Shown: piece by piece, positions 25,336 to 33,763 of the stretch | How positions within the stretch are numbered: the first letter of the stretch is position 1 | How the letters are laid out: each line of letters opens with the position of its first letter | Assembly (NCBI GenBank): GCA_918234285.1 | Contig: CAKJXZ020000003.1 | Location: 70,933-134,932, forward strand | DNA: 64,000 nt | DNA from: Pseudomonadota bacterium | Lineage (GTDB): Bacteria; Pseudomonadota; Alphaproteobacteria; RF32; CAG-239 | Direction: 5' to 3' | The notes under the pieces: generated by a model | Told to the model about the DNA's origin: nothing | What the model saw: only the letters and a program-made list of their open reading frames with translations | Databases searched by the model: none | Translations under genes and position numbers: made by a program

Positions 25336-27096
25336 CTATTTTTTCACCTTGTAAGCCGCGTCAACAATGCTTTTTTGCTTTTCGATATCAAAATCGGCTT
25401 TAATGTTGAGTTGCGGAGCAACTGCGGTGATAATACTGCGCGTAATCGGCACCGCATTCCAACCGGCCGTGGTATAACCAAATGTTTCTTTACTGGCTTT
25501 CGGGTCATCAATCACCACCAGCAGTGCATATTTCGGATCAGACTGCGGAAATGCCGAAATAAACGACGAAATACTCTTACTATGATTATAATGCCCGTTT
25601 TCCAGCTTATCGGCGGTTCCGGTCTTACCCATTACCTGATACCCTTCAACGTTGGCACGTTTACCGGTACCTCTGGTTACCACTGCCCGCAAGAGAGTGC
25701 GCATATTGTCGGAAGTTTGCTTAGAAACAATCCGTTTTCCCTTATGCTTATTATTATTTAAAAGCGTCGGCTGATGATACATTCCGCCGTTAACAATAGC
25801 AGAAAATGCCGTAATGATATGCAACGGAGTCGAAGAAATACCGTAGCCGTAGCTGATTGTTACCATCGAGGTTTCGCCCCAGTTTTTCTCGCTCAAGAAC
25901 CATGGTTTGGCCAATTCCGGTAACTCAAATTCGGTCAGAGCCTTATCCATATTGATACTTTGTAAGAACTTGCGCTGAAATTTTTTGCCGACCCGCATAA
26001 TTTCCAGAGTCGAACCGATGTTCGACGACTCCACCAAAATATCTTCCGGCGTCAGATAACCGTGCGAACCGTGCGGATCCGTAACCTTCAGGCGATGGAC
26101 CTTAATCGGATGCGATGTATCGAATCGGTCGGTTATTTTAACCTTACCGCTTTCCAAGCTGAGTGCCGTATTAAATACCTTAAACACCGAGCCGGCCTCA
26201 TAAATACCCTTGGTGGCAAAATTAAACATTTCGCGCTCGCCGAATTTGCTGTTTTCATTCGGGTCATAGTCCGGTACCGAAGTCATTGCCACAATTTGCC
26301 CGGTTTTAACATCCATCAGAATCGCGGCGCCGCCGGCGGCATTAAACTTTTGCACTCCGGCAATCAGTTCATCGCGAATCTGATTTTGAATCCCCAAATC
26401 AAGCGACAAATACAATGGTTTAGTCGAGGTTGTCAAACGCTCGTTCATTGATTTTTCGATACCGGCGATACCGTTGTTATCAACATCGGTACTGCCCAAA
26501 ACATGCGCAAACAGATTCTTGTGCGGATAAACCCGCTTTTCGCAATTTTCAAATTCCAATCCCGGAATACCGAGATTATTGACTTGCGATTGCTGCGCCG
26601 GCGAAAGGTTACGTTTCAAATAGATAAACGCCCCCTTGCGATTGAGGCGCTTTAAGAAATATTCATACGAATCGTCCGGAAAGATTTCGCTCAAGGTTGC
26701 GGCCACATCTTCCGGATGACGAATTTTTTTGGTATTGGCATACAAATTCTTGGTCGGCAGAGAGGTAGCGATGACTTCGCCGTTGCGGTCCATAATATCG
26801 GCACGTTTGACCGTGTTGTTGAAATGAATGATATCATCGTCGGACATCTCAACCAGAGCCGTGTCGATATTGATGCCGTTGCCTAAACACACATAGGTTA
26901 CGCGCGCGCACAAAATCAAATAAACCGCGGCAAAACAACAAAGCGCAAACAATGTACGCTGACGGCAAGTCAGCACGTTATCATTTTCGGTAGTATAGCT
27001 TTTAGAGGTAATCGCACGTCGCGAAATCTTTATCTCCTGTCCCGGGAGATAAATTTTTTCTTCCTTACGTTTAGAAAAACTGACGTTAAACCCCAT
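25336..27096 (-). CDS. ftsI: peptidoglycan D,D-transpeptidase FtsI (PBP3-type class B PBP)
   Basis: SVFK (SxxK), SSN and KTGTA motifs, an N-terminal TM, and a position after ftsL. Confidence 0.9.
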   Translation of the reverse strand: MGFNVSFSKRKEEKIYLPGQEIKISRRAITSKSYTTENDNVLTCRQRTLFALCCFAAVYLILCARVTYVCLGNGINIDTALVEMSDDDIIHFNNTVKRADIMDRNGEVIATSLPTKNLYANTKKIRHPEDVAATLSEIFPDDSYEYFLKRLNRKGAFIYLKRNLSPAQQSQVNNLGIPGLEFENCEKRVYPHKNLFAHVLGSTDVDNNGIAGIEKSMNERLTTSTKPLYLSLDLGIQNQIRDELIAGVQKFNAAGGAAILMDVKTGQIVAMTSVPDYDPNENSKFGEREMFNFATKGIYEAGSVFKVFNTALSLESGKVKITDRFDTSHPIKVHRLKVTDPHGSHGYLTPEDILVESSNIGSTLEIMRVGKKFQRKFLQSINMDKALTEFELPELAKPWFLSEKNWGETSMVTISYGYGISSTPLHIITAFSAIVNGGMYHQPTLLNNNKHKGKRIVSKQTSDNMRTLLRAVVTRGTGKRANVEGYQVMGKTGTADKLENGHYNHSKSISSFISAFPQSDPKYALLVVIDDPKASKETFGYTTAGWNAVPITRSIITAVAPQLNIKADFDIEKQKSIVDAAYKVKK

Positions 27097-27097
27097 T

Positions 27098-27469
27098 TTA
27101 TTTCTTCTTAACTTCTGCTTTTACCAAGGTTGTTACACTTTTTTTATTCACGTGTACCGAATTGGAGTCGGTGTTATCTTCATAGTTAAAGTGTAACGCA
27201 GAATAGTTAATAATTTGTTCAGGTTTTGCATTTTCTAAAGATAATTGTTCTTGAGCTAATTTGCGCAGACGTTCCGGAGTGTTGTGGTGGCTCCATTCGG
27301 CTTTCAAAACGTGGATTTCATCAATATCACGCTGAATATTGCTGTTAATGTTGGCAAGCTGACGCTCAAGCCCTTGCACCTTGTTTTTCAACACGGAAGA
27401 ACCGAACGCTACCACCAACGTTACCGTAAACCATAAAACAACCATTGCCGTTTTGATGCTTCCACCCAT
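27098..27469 (-). CDS. ftsL: cell division protein FtsL-like
   Basis: A single TM followed by a coiled-coil protein, located between rsmH and ftsI. Confidence 0.65.
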   Translation of the reverse strand: MGGSIKTAMVVLWFTVTLVVAFGSSVLKNKVQGLERQLANINSNIQRDIDEIHVLKAEWSHHNTPERLRKLAQEQLSLENAKPEQIINYSALHFNYEDNTDSNSVHVNKKSVTTLVKAEVKKK

Positions 27470-27475
27470 AGCCGC

Positions 27476-28390
27476 TTATCTCCTTATCGCAAATCTCAGT
27501 TTTGCCGAGCGTGCCCGCGGATTATTAAAACACTCCGCCGCCGTCGGCATAATTGCTTTTGAAACTTCTTTAAACACACTGTCATCTTGCGCCAATTCCG
27601 GCGCATACTTGGAAATACGGACTTTTTTGCCGCCGTTTTCCTTCATATAATTCTTAACGATTCGATCTTCGAGCGAATGGAAATCCACTACCACTAGACG
27701 ACCGCCGGAAATCAACCGATTCGTTGCCCCTTGCAAACCACGCTCCAACTCCCCCAATTCATCATTGACCGCTATACGCAGAGCCTGAAAAGTCCGAGTC
27801 GCCGGATCAATTTCACCGGCATGTTTATGAATAACCGTATAAACAATTTCCGCCAATTCGGTTGTGGTTTCGATTTTCTTGTGTCGACGATATTCGACGA
27901 TTCGCGCCGCAATTTGTCGCGATTTTCTCTCTTCACCGTACTGATACAAAATATCAGCCAGTTCCCTTTCTCCATAATAATTAACAATATCTTTTGCACT
28001 CTCGCCTTCGCAAGACATCCGCATATCCAGTTCGGCTTCCTTGGCAAACGAGAATCCGCGTTCGGCATTATCGAGTTGCATTGAGGAAACACCGATATCA
28101 AAAACCGCTCCACCGATTCGTTCCGGCACCAGCTCGGCAAAATCTCCGAATTTTCCGGCCCGAAATTCAAAACGCGAATCGTAAAGATTCCTAAATTCAT
28201 TGGCTCGCACCATCACATTCGGATCACGGTCAAGCGCAATAACTTTGCACGGTGCCGCTTCCAAAATCGCCTGGGTGTAGCCGCCGTTACCAAATGTAGC
28301 ATCAACATATATTTCGCCGGCCTTAGGCTGCAAATAAGTCAGCACTTCTTTTAGCATAACCGGAATATGTTTCTGCCGCAGTGTTACCAT
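27476..28390 (-). CDS. rsmH: 16S rRNA (cytosine1402-N4)-methyltransferase
   Basis: HIPVMLKEVL...YVDATFGNGGYT. Start at the ATG at 28390, which overlaps the mraZ stop by 1 nt. Confidence 0.92.
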   Translation of the reverse strand: MVTLRQKHIPVMLKEVLTYLQPKAGEIYVDATFGNGGYTQAILEAAPCKVIALDRDPNVMVRANEFRNLYDSRFEFRAGKFGDFAELVPERIGGAVFDIGVSSMQLDNAERGFSFAKEAELDMRMSCEGESAKDIVNYYGERELADILYQYGEERKSRQIAARIVEYRRHKKIETTTELAEIVYTVIHKHAGEIDPATRTFQALRIAVNDELGELERGLQGATNRLISGGRLVVVDFHSLEDRIVKNYMKENGGKKVRISKYAPELAQDDSVFKEVSKAIMPTAAECFNNPRARSAKLRFAIRR

Positions 28391-28857
28391 TATTCTTGCT
28401 CCTTCGGCGCTTTCAGCGTCGGTCTGTTTTTCATCACTTCGGCCCGAATCCGTGCTTCTTCTTTTTCCCAATTTTGCGGATTCCAAATCTGGAACTTGCG
28501 CCCTTTTCCCACAAACACCGCCGCATCGGTAATCTGTGCGTGTTTTAAGAGTTTTTCGGTCAGCATAATCCGTCCGGTGCTGTCAAACGCAAAACGTTTG
28601 GCATCGCCGAAAATCAAATTGGTCAGATTATCTTGAGTTTCCGAAAAGAAGTCGGTGGCATTTTCGATTTCGGTCGCCAGTTTATCAAGCGAATCCTCCA
28701 AACACCCCTCAATACAAGGCGCCGACAAACTGCGATAGCATACTATTTCGGTTGATAGTTCTTTGGCAATGGCGCGGTAGTCAGCCGGAAGCGAAACGCG
28801 CCCTTTGGCGTCCACCTTGTTGAAAATCGTGTCCATAAACAGAAAGATTTTCCGCAT
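28390..28857 (-). CDS. mraZ: transcriptional regulator MraZ
   Basis: ...NKVDAKGRVSLPADYR... and a second ...DSTGRIMLTEKL... SpoVT/AbrB-like repeat. An alternative start exists at 28836. Confidence 0.9.
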   Translation of the reverse strand: MRKIFLFMDTIFNKVDAKGRVSLPADYRAIAKELSTEIVCYRSLSAPCIEGCLEDSLDKLATEIENATDFFSETQDNLTNLIFGDAKRFAFDSTGRIMLTEKLLKHAQITDAAVFVGKGRKFQIWNPQNWEKEEARIRAEVMKNRPTLKAPKEQE

Positions 28858-28891
28858 TTTTTGCCTTTCCTTACCGTTGCCTCACATTTAA

Positions 28892-28927
28892 ATGGTATAA
28901 CATGGTATTTTATGGGATTCAATGGTA
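28892..28927. promoter_or_regulatory. four direct hexamer repeats at exact 10-nt phasing (candidate MraZ operator)
   Basis: ATGGTA at 28892, ATGGTA at 28902, ATGGGA at 28912 and ATGGTA at 28922, located 35-70 nt upstream of mraZ. Confidence 0.55.
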
Positions 28928-29113
28928 ATTTTTAGCATTTTATTAACTGTTCGTTTTTTGTTCTTGTAGGTTGCAATATATATTGAAAAATATTCTGTAC
29001 TTTCAACATATTATAAAAGTGTAAAAAAATTTTAAAAAATTAACACCGCTTGTCCGTAACACTGTGGAAAATCACAAATTACCAAGTATACGCATATTTT
29101 TCAACGAATCGTC

Positions 29114-29142
29114 TTGACAGAATCGACGATTTTTGTTACTCT
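29114..29142 (+). promoter_or_regulatory. candidate promoter of the 29179 operon, bracketed by GANTC sites
   Basis: TTGACA at 29114..29119, a 17-nt spacer, then TACTCT at 29137..29142. GAATC sites at 29106..29110 and 29120..29124. Confidence 0.4.
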
Positions 29143-29178
29143 GTTTGGAAATTATCATTATTTACAAATTTTTAGAGT

Positions 29179-29460
29179 ATGAAAAAAATTACAGTAAAAG
29201 ACATGAGACAAGCCATTGTCTATGTCAACAACGGAAACTATGTCGGCAATCTCAATGACATTACCGACGATGATTTGTTGGCCTGTGACTTCGGCCGCGA
29301 CCTCAATATGGGTAACATCCGCGTTGCCAACGTTGTGATTGAGCTCGAGCGCCGTCACGGTTGGTTGGATATCCCTCAGGAAATGTTCAAGCAGATGCCT
29401 GACAACACGGTCGGTGGCATGTTAGACACTATCAACAAGTGCATCCATGAAAAGGCTTGA
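29179..29460 (+). CDS. ACP-fold-like small protein lacking the phosphopantetheine Ser
   Basis: DFGRDLNMGNIRVANVVIELERRHG..IPQEMF....TVGGMLDTI resembles ACP helix II/III (DLGxDSLD..EL...LEEEF...IP), but no Ser is present. Confidence 0.5.
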   Translation: MKKITVKDMRQAIVYVNNGNYVGNLNDITDDDLLACDFGRDLNMGNIRVANVVIELERRHGWLDIPQEMFKQMPDNTVGGMLDTINKCIHEKA

Positions 29461-29722
29461 ACTCGAGGACGTCCGCACCGCCCTGTACGAAATGAACGTG
29501 CCGGAAGTGCATAACTTTGCGGGAGATGCTCTGCGCAGTGCCGATTTCTGGTTTGATTTGGGTATGGATGAACGCGAAATCGCCTACCTGATTTCAAACC
29601 TGGAGATTGAGAAGAAGGTCAAGATTCCTGTGTATGTTTGGGACAGCCTCAGAGAAAAGAACACGGTGAATGTTCTGATTCACGGGGCCAACGGTCACCT
29701 GATAGATTTGGAAGAAAATTAA
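29447..29722 (+). CDS. ACP-fold-like small protein, Ser replaced by Glu (paralog of the preceding gene)
   Basis: FDLGMDEREIAYLISNLEIEKKVKIP is in exact register with ACP [20 protein letters not shown]. Overlaps the upstream gene by 14 nt. Confidence 0.5.
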   Translation: MKRLELEDVRTALYEMNVPEVHNFAGDALRSADFWFDLGMDEREIAYLISNLEIEKKVKIPVYVWDSLREKNTVNVLIHGANGHLIDLEEN

Positions 29723-29759
29723 AAAACCCGGCAAGACTAACCTCTTGCCGCGTTTTTTA
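29722..29759 (+). terminator. rho-independent terminator
   Basis: CGGCAAG-ACTAACCT-CTTGCCG followed by a T6 run. Confidence 0.75.
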
Positions 29760-29773
29760 TTTTTCGCTCTATT

Positions 29774-29957
29774 AAAGAAAAGTGTTGTTTTTTTAATAAG
29801 GCATAACATATTGATTTTCCGTCATTCTGAACAGACACTTTAGTGTCGTGTGAAGAATCCATTTCGTCCCAAGGACGAAACAACACCTGCGGTGTTGATG
29901 GATACTTCGGCTTTGCCTCAGTATGACATAAAAACAACACTTTTCTTAAATTAAGCC
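29774..29957. repeat. family-B structured element with terminal inverted repeats (copy 1)
   Basis: AAAGAAAAGTGTTGTT ... AACAACACTTTTCTT termini. Framework helices GTCATTCTGA/TCAGTATGAC and GAAGAATCCA/TGGATACTTC. Three internal hairpins. The trailing TTAAGCC is shared with copy 2. Confidence 0.75.
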
Positions 29958-29981
29958 TTATTTTTAAAGAACACACACACC

Positions 29982-30084
29982 AAAATCCGTAGAATGAGGT
30001 AAATACGAAGGGGGATTTTGACGACGTGTACACAAATAGTACACGAGGAACCCCCCCAAGTAGTTACCCATTATACGGATTTTT
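29982..30084. repeat. family-A palindromic repeat (full copy)
   Basis: AAAATCCGTAGAATGAGGTAAATACGAAGGGGGATTTTGACGACGTGTACACAAATAGTACACGAGGAACCCCCCCAAGTAGTTACCCATTATACGGATTTT. It ends at the PPIase stop codon. Confidence 0.8.
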
Positions 30085-30689
30085 TAGATGTCGGAGATAA
30101 CGGATATGGCAATAATCTCATCCGGCTCATCAACCATTCCATTCGGTTCGCCGCCTTTTTTAAGCATATCGACATATTCCATACCGGAAGTTACCTCGCC
30201 CCAAACGGTGTATTGACCATCAAGCCACGGACAGTCGGCATAGCAGATGAAGAACTGGCTGTCGGCCGAATCCGGCATCATGGCGCGCGCCATCGAGACA
30301 GTGCCGCGTTTGTGCGGAGTGCGATTAAATTCAGCCTTTAGTTTTTTACCGCTACCGCCGGTACCGTCGCCGCGCGGACATCCGGCCTGTGCCATAAACC
30401 CGTCAATTACCCGATGGAATTTCAGTCCGTTATAAAAGCCCTGTCGCACCAGTTCCTTAATCCGCGCCACATGGTTAGGCGCCACATCCGGCAACATTTC
30501 AATCACAACATCGCCGTATTTGGTTTGCAACAACAAAGCATTATCGGCATCCTTAACTTTATACGAATGTTTGATTTTCTTGGCTCTGGTTTCGCTCATC
30601 GCCAATCTTTTAGTTTCCTTGTTTTCCAAATTTTTAGTAGAAGGTTTGGAAAGATTTTTTGTTTTGTTTTTTTCCAATAAATCAGTCAT
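30084..30689 (-). CDS. ppiB: cyclophilin-type peptidyl-prolyl cis-trans isomerase with a basic N-terminal extension
   Basis: FHRVIDGFMAQAGCPRGDGTGGSG...FFICYADCPWLDGQYTVWGEV. Confidence 0.92.
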   Translation of the reverse strand: MTDLLEKNKTKNLSKPSTKNLENKETKRLAMSETRAKKIKHSYKVKDADNALLLQTKYGDVVIEMLPDVAPNHVARIKELVRQGFYNGLKFHRVIDGFMAQAGCPRGDGTGGSGKKLKAEFNRTPHKRGTVSMARAMMPDSADSQFFICYADCPWLDGQYTVWGEVTSGMEYVDMLKKGGEPNGMVDEPDEIIAISVISDI

Positions 30690-30730
30690 GTCAGCTTCCT
30701 TTCGTTTGTCTTTAAGTTTTATTTAGGAAG

Positions 30731-31687
30731 TTATTTTGCATTATTCAAGACGTAATCAACTCTTTCTTGCGCCGACAACCCCAGCGGGTAGTGTTTATCG
30801 ACATTTTTGATGACTTCCTTAAGCCCGCGGCAGTTGGCAATCTGAATAGCCAACCCCGGCCGCGCATTAAGTTCCAGCATCATCGGACCGCGGAATTTAT
30901 CCAAAACAATATCTGCGCCCAGATAGCCCAATCCGGTCATTTCATACGCCAACGCACCGATCATCAGATGTTCGCGCCACATCGGCACTTGCAACGTCAT
31001 TAAATCGGCACCGGTATCCGGATGTATGGCAATCGGCATATTGTGCGAAACCGCATTGTTGGCGTGACCGGTACGCATATCCAAACCCACGCCGACGGCT
31101 CCTTGGTGCAAATTGGCTCTGCCGTCGGATTCTTTGGTGGCAAGTCGCATCATAGACATCACCGGATATCCTTTATAAACGATTACGCGCACATCCGGAA
31201 TTCCCTGATAACTGAAATTTTGAAATGCATCGCTGAAGTGCACCAACTCCTCAATCAGCGCCGTGTCATACTGTCCGCCCAAACTGTACAATCCGCTCAA
31301 AATATTGGAAACGTGCTGATACACTTCCTTAAAACCGAGAGTTTTGCCGCTGGCAGTCGTAAATTCATTGCCGGTAAAATGCTTAATTACCAACACACCC
31401 TTGCCCTGGCTGCCGTGCGCCGGTTTAATCACAAATTCTTCATGGCCGGCCACGATTTTCAGCAAATCCTTAACTTCGTACTGGTGCTCAATTACGCCTA
31501 TTTTGTGCGGAGTATTGATGTTGATATTGTCGGCCAGCGTTTTGGTCTGTACTTTATCATCAACCAGCGGATAGAGCGAGCGTTTGTTGTTGCGTCCGAT
31601 AATAAAGAAGTTACGTGCATTCATCCCCAAAACCCCGCGCTCGCGGAATTTTTTCGGATTGGAAAAGATTTTGAAGTAATTCCACAT
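30731..31687 (-). CDS. alpha-L-glutamate ligase-related (RimK-like) ATP-grasp protein
   Basis: GMNARN...YPLVDDK..TK......P...VIKPAHGSQGKGVLVI...LGADIVLD fits the RimK-related ligase family that co-occurs with 7TM/transglutaminase-like proteins. Confidence 0.82.
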   Translation of the reverse strand: MWNYFKIFSNPKKFRERGVLGMNARNFFIIGRNNKRSLYPLVDDKVQTKTLADNININTPHKIGVIEHQYEVKDLLKIVAGHEEFVIKPAHGSQGKGVLVIKHFTGNEFTTASGKTLGFKEVYQHVSNILSGLYSLGGQYDTALIEELVHFSDAFQNFSYQGIPDVRVIVYKGYPVMSMMRLATKESDGRANLHQGAVGVGLDMRTGHANNAVSHNMPIAIHPDTGADLMTLQVPMWREHLMIGALAYEMTGLGYLGADIVLDKFRGPMMLELNARPGLAIQIANCRGLKEVIKNVDKHYPLGLSAQERVDYVLNNAK

Positions 31688-31691
31688 TTTA

Positions 31692-33227
31692 TTATCCCTT
31701 TATCAGCGGTGCAAAGCGTTTCAGTTCAACCAAGCGATAACCGGTATAAGTGCCGAGCTGCATTACCAAAATCAAAATCACGATGTTCCATTCGTTAAAC
31801 GCAAACATAATGTGGCGAATATACGAACTGCTGATAACAAAATAGGTCAGTATCGCCACCACGCAGGTATTGACGATTTGTTTGGTGGCATTGCGCGCCC
31901 CCTCTTCTTCCCAAGTAATCGACGCACGCTCAATAATCCAGGCCGTGATGATTATCGGGAAAAACACCGCCGAAGCCGCAATTCGGAAATTGTATTGATA
32001 GCCCAAAATCGTCAGCATTTGCATAATCAAAATCACAAAAATCACCACCGCCGAAATTCGCGGTACCAACAGCAGGTTAAGCCGCGTCAGCAAGGTACGG
32101 ATTAACAAGCCCAAAGCGATAATCAGCGAAAAGCAAATCAACCCCGACCAAAATCCCGTACGCACCAATGACATCGCCACCAACATCGGCGTAAATGTAC
32201 CCATAGTCGGAATGCCCACCACATTACGCAACAGCACCACCAACAAAATGCCGAGTGGGAAAATCATCAGCCATTTCAAAGTATTTTGTTCCAAATTAGG
32301 CAAATTATAAATCGTATAATCAAACATTTTACTGTTTTCGTATTTGGCACGTTTTCCCGCCATTTTGAACGATGAAACCGCCGCTTGAATTACCGAGAAT
32401 TTTATTTCCGATTTACGCCCACCGACCACATCAAACAGCGATACACCGCCGCGTTGGAACACCACAAAATTTTTCGGCAGACCGGATACGCCGGTTTCGA
32501 TATTATACATCATCCATTTGCTGTTTTCATAAACCTCGAGCATTAAATCGGCCGGTGCTTCTCGCCGTTTTTCCGAAATCTTTACTCCGCGCACAATCCG
32601 TGCCGCAACATTTTTGAACGAAAGCAACTCAATGATTTTCTCGGCCATAATGCGTTGCGATTTTTTTACCGGCAAAAAAGCATCAACTTCCGGCTCCAAA
32701 ATTTCATCATTGAGCAGTTGAATGATTTTCGAGGCATCGGAACCTTCTTTTTTGCTGTCGGCAAGCGCCCAAATTTCTTCCACCATAGCCTGTTGCTGCT
32801 CGCTTGCAAACACCGGCTTTTTCACTTTCGGCTGATTATAATCGCGAATTTTACCGATAACATCTTCATTATCATACAGCATAATGCGATAATAGATATC
32901 CTGCTTATTTTTTTTCGGGCCGGATTTCATAATCATCCGATGATTTTTTTCGTCTTTTTCCACGGTATAGCCTTTGGCAACAACATCTTCGCTCAAAATC
33001 TTATATTCTGCGCCCAGACGCGGCGTAGACAGAGACACCTCAATCGGCTCACCGGTCGGTATAAAAGAGATATGCGCGTCAACCGTCCAAATTTCCGTAC
33101 CTTCACGTGGCTTAAAACTGAATCCCCAATGGGCAATTTTATAATAAGTGGCAAAACCGGCAAATGCTACTGCCAAAACCAAACATATTGCCAAAACACC
33201 CCGTACCGAAAAAATTTTTTTCTTCAT
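31692..33227 (-). CDS. membrane protein: N-terminal inactive-transglutaminase-like domain fused to a 7-TM module
   Basis: A signal or anchor segment, a roughly 300-aa soluble part, then 7 hydrophobic helices (LRNVVGIPTMGTFTPMLVA...). The start at 33227 avoids overlap with the upstream gene. Confidence 0.72.
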   Translation of the reverse strand: MKKKIFSVRGVLAICLVLAVAFAGFATYYKIAHWGFSFKPREGTEIWTVDAHISFIPTGEPIEVSLSTPRLGAEYKILSEDVVAKGYTVEKDEKNHRMIMKSGPKKNKQDIYYRIMLYDNEDVIGKIRDYNQPKVKKPVFASEQQQAMVEEIWALADSKKEGSDASKIIQLLNDEILEPEVDAFLPVKKSQRIMAEKIIELLSFKNVAARIVRGVKISEKRREAPADLMLEVYENSKWMMYNIETGVSGLPKNFVVFQRGGVSLFDVVGGRKSEIKFSVIQAAVSSFKMAGKRAKYENSKMFDYTIYNLPNLEQNTLKWLMIFPLGILLVVLLRNVVGIPTMGTFTPMLVAMSLVRTGFWSGLICFSLIIALGLLIRTLLTRLNLLLVPRISAVVIFVILIMQMLTILGYQYNFRIAASAVFFPIIITAWIIERASITWEEEGARNATKQIVNTCVVAILTYFVISSSYIRHIMFAFNEWNIVILILVMQLGTYTGYRLVELKRFAPLIKG

Positions 33228-33249
33228 TTTCAAAGTCCTTGTAACAAAA

Positions 33250-33753
33250 TTATCCCAACATATTTCTGACCGACACGTCAACTACGGCTCGGTCCTCCAA
33301 AATATTGCGTCCCAACAGCATCTGATACTGAAATTTACTGCGGTCAGCCAATGTAAATTCGGCTTTAAATTTTTCACCGCCCAGTTTCACATCCATTTCC
33401 ACCACCGGTCGCACTTCATCTTTCAGCGCACGCGTAATCGTCGTACTTCTGATAATCGCTTTTTTAAAAGTATGTTTTTCTTGCGTTTCACGATTGATTA
33501 CCACAAAAGAAACCTGTTTTTCTTTCTCGGAAAATTTAATATCAGCCGCATCCAAAGAACAAACTTTTGCCCCTGTGTCAACGCGCGCCAAAAATGCTGA
33601 TTTCAGCGGCGGTAAATAAATATATTCCAACTCGCCAAGCACCATTTTCTCAGTATTGTCGCGCATTTTTTTACCGGCCTCGGCGGATGTCGTTTTTTTG
33701 AAAAGACTTTTTAAAGTTGACAGTATATTGAATGATACTCGCGTTTCGGCCAT
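33250..33753 (-). CDS. retropepsin-like aspartic protease (DUF785 / 'ATP-dependent zinc protease' / RimB-like), cytoplasmic form
   Basis: LGELEYIYLPPL...ARVDTGAKVCSLDA...LLGRNIL..RAVVDVS shows the D-T-G-A signature. No signal peptide. Confidence 0.8.
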   Translation of the reverse strand: MAETRVSFNILSTLKSLFKKTTSAEAGKKMRDNTEKMVLGELEYIYLPPLKSAFLARVDTGAKVCSLDAADIKFSEKEKQVSFVVINRETQEKHTFKKAIIRSTTITRALKDEVRPVVEMDVKLGGEKFKAEFTLADRSKFQYQMLLGRNILEDRAVVDVSVRNMLG

Positions 33754-33763
33754 GGCTTTTCTT

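Noticed and set aside
29737-30033. ORFs across the family-A and family-B repeats: 29737..30033 (-), 48550..48813 (+), 17318..17515 (-) and 37514..37792 (-).
   Set aside because: They are made of palindromic repeat sequence and are open in more than one frame and strand. They are explained better as structured non-coding elements.
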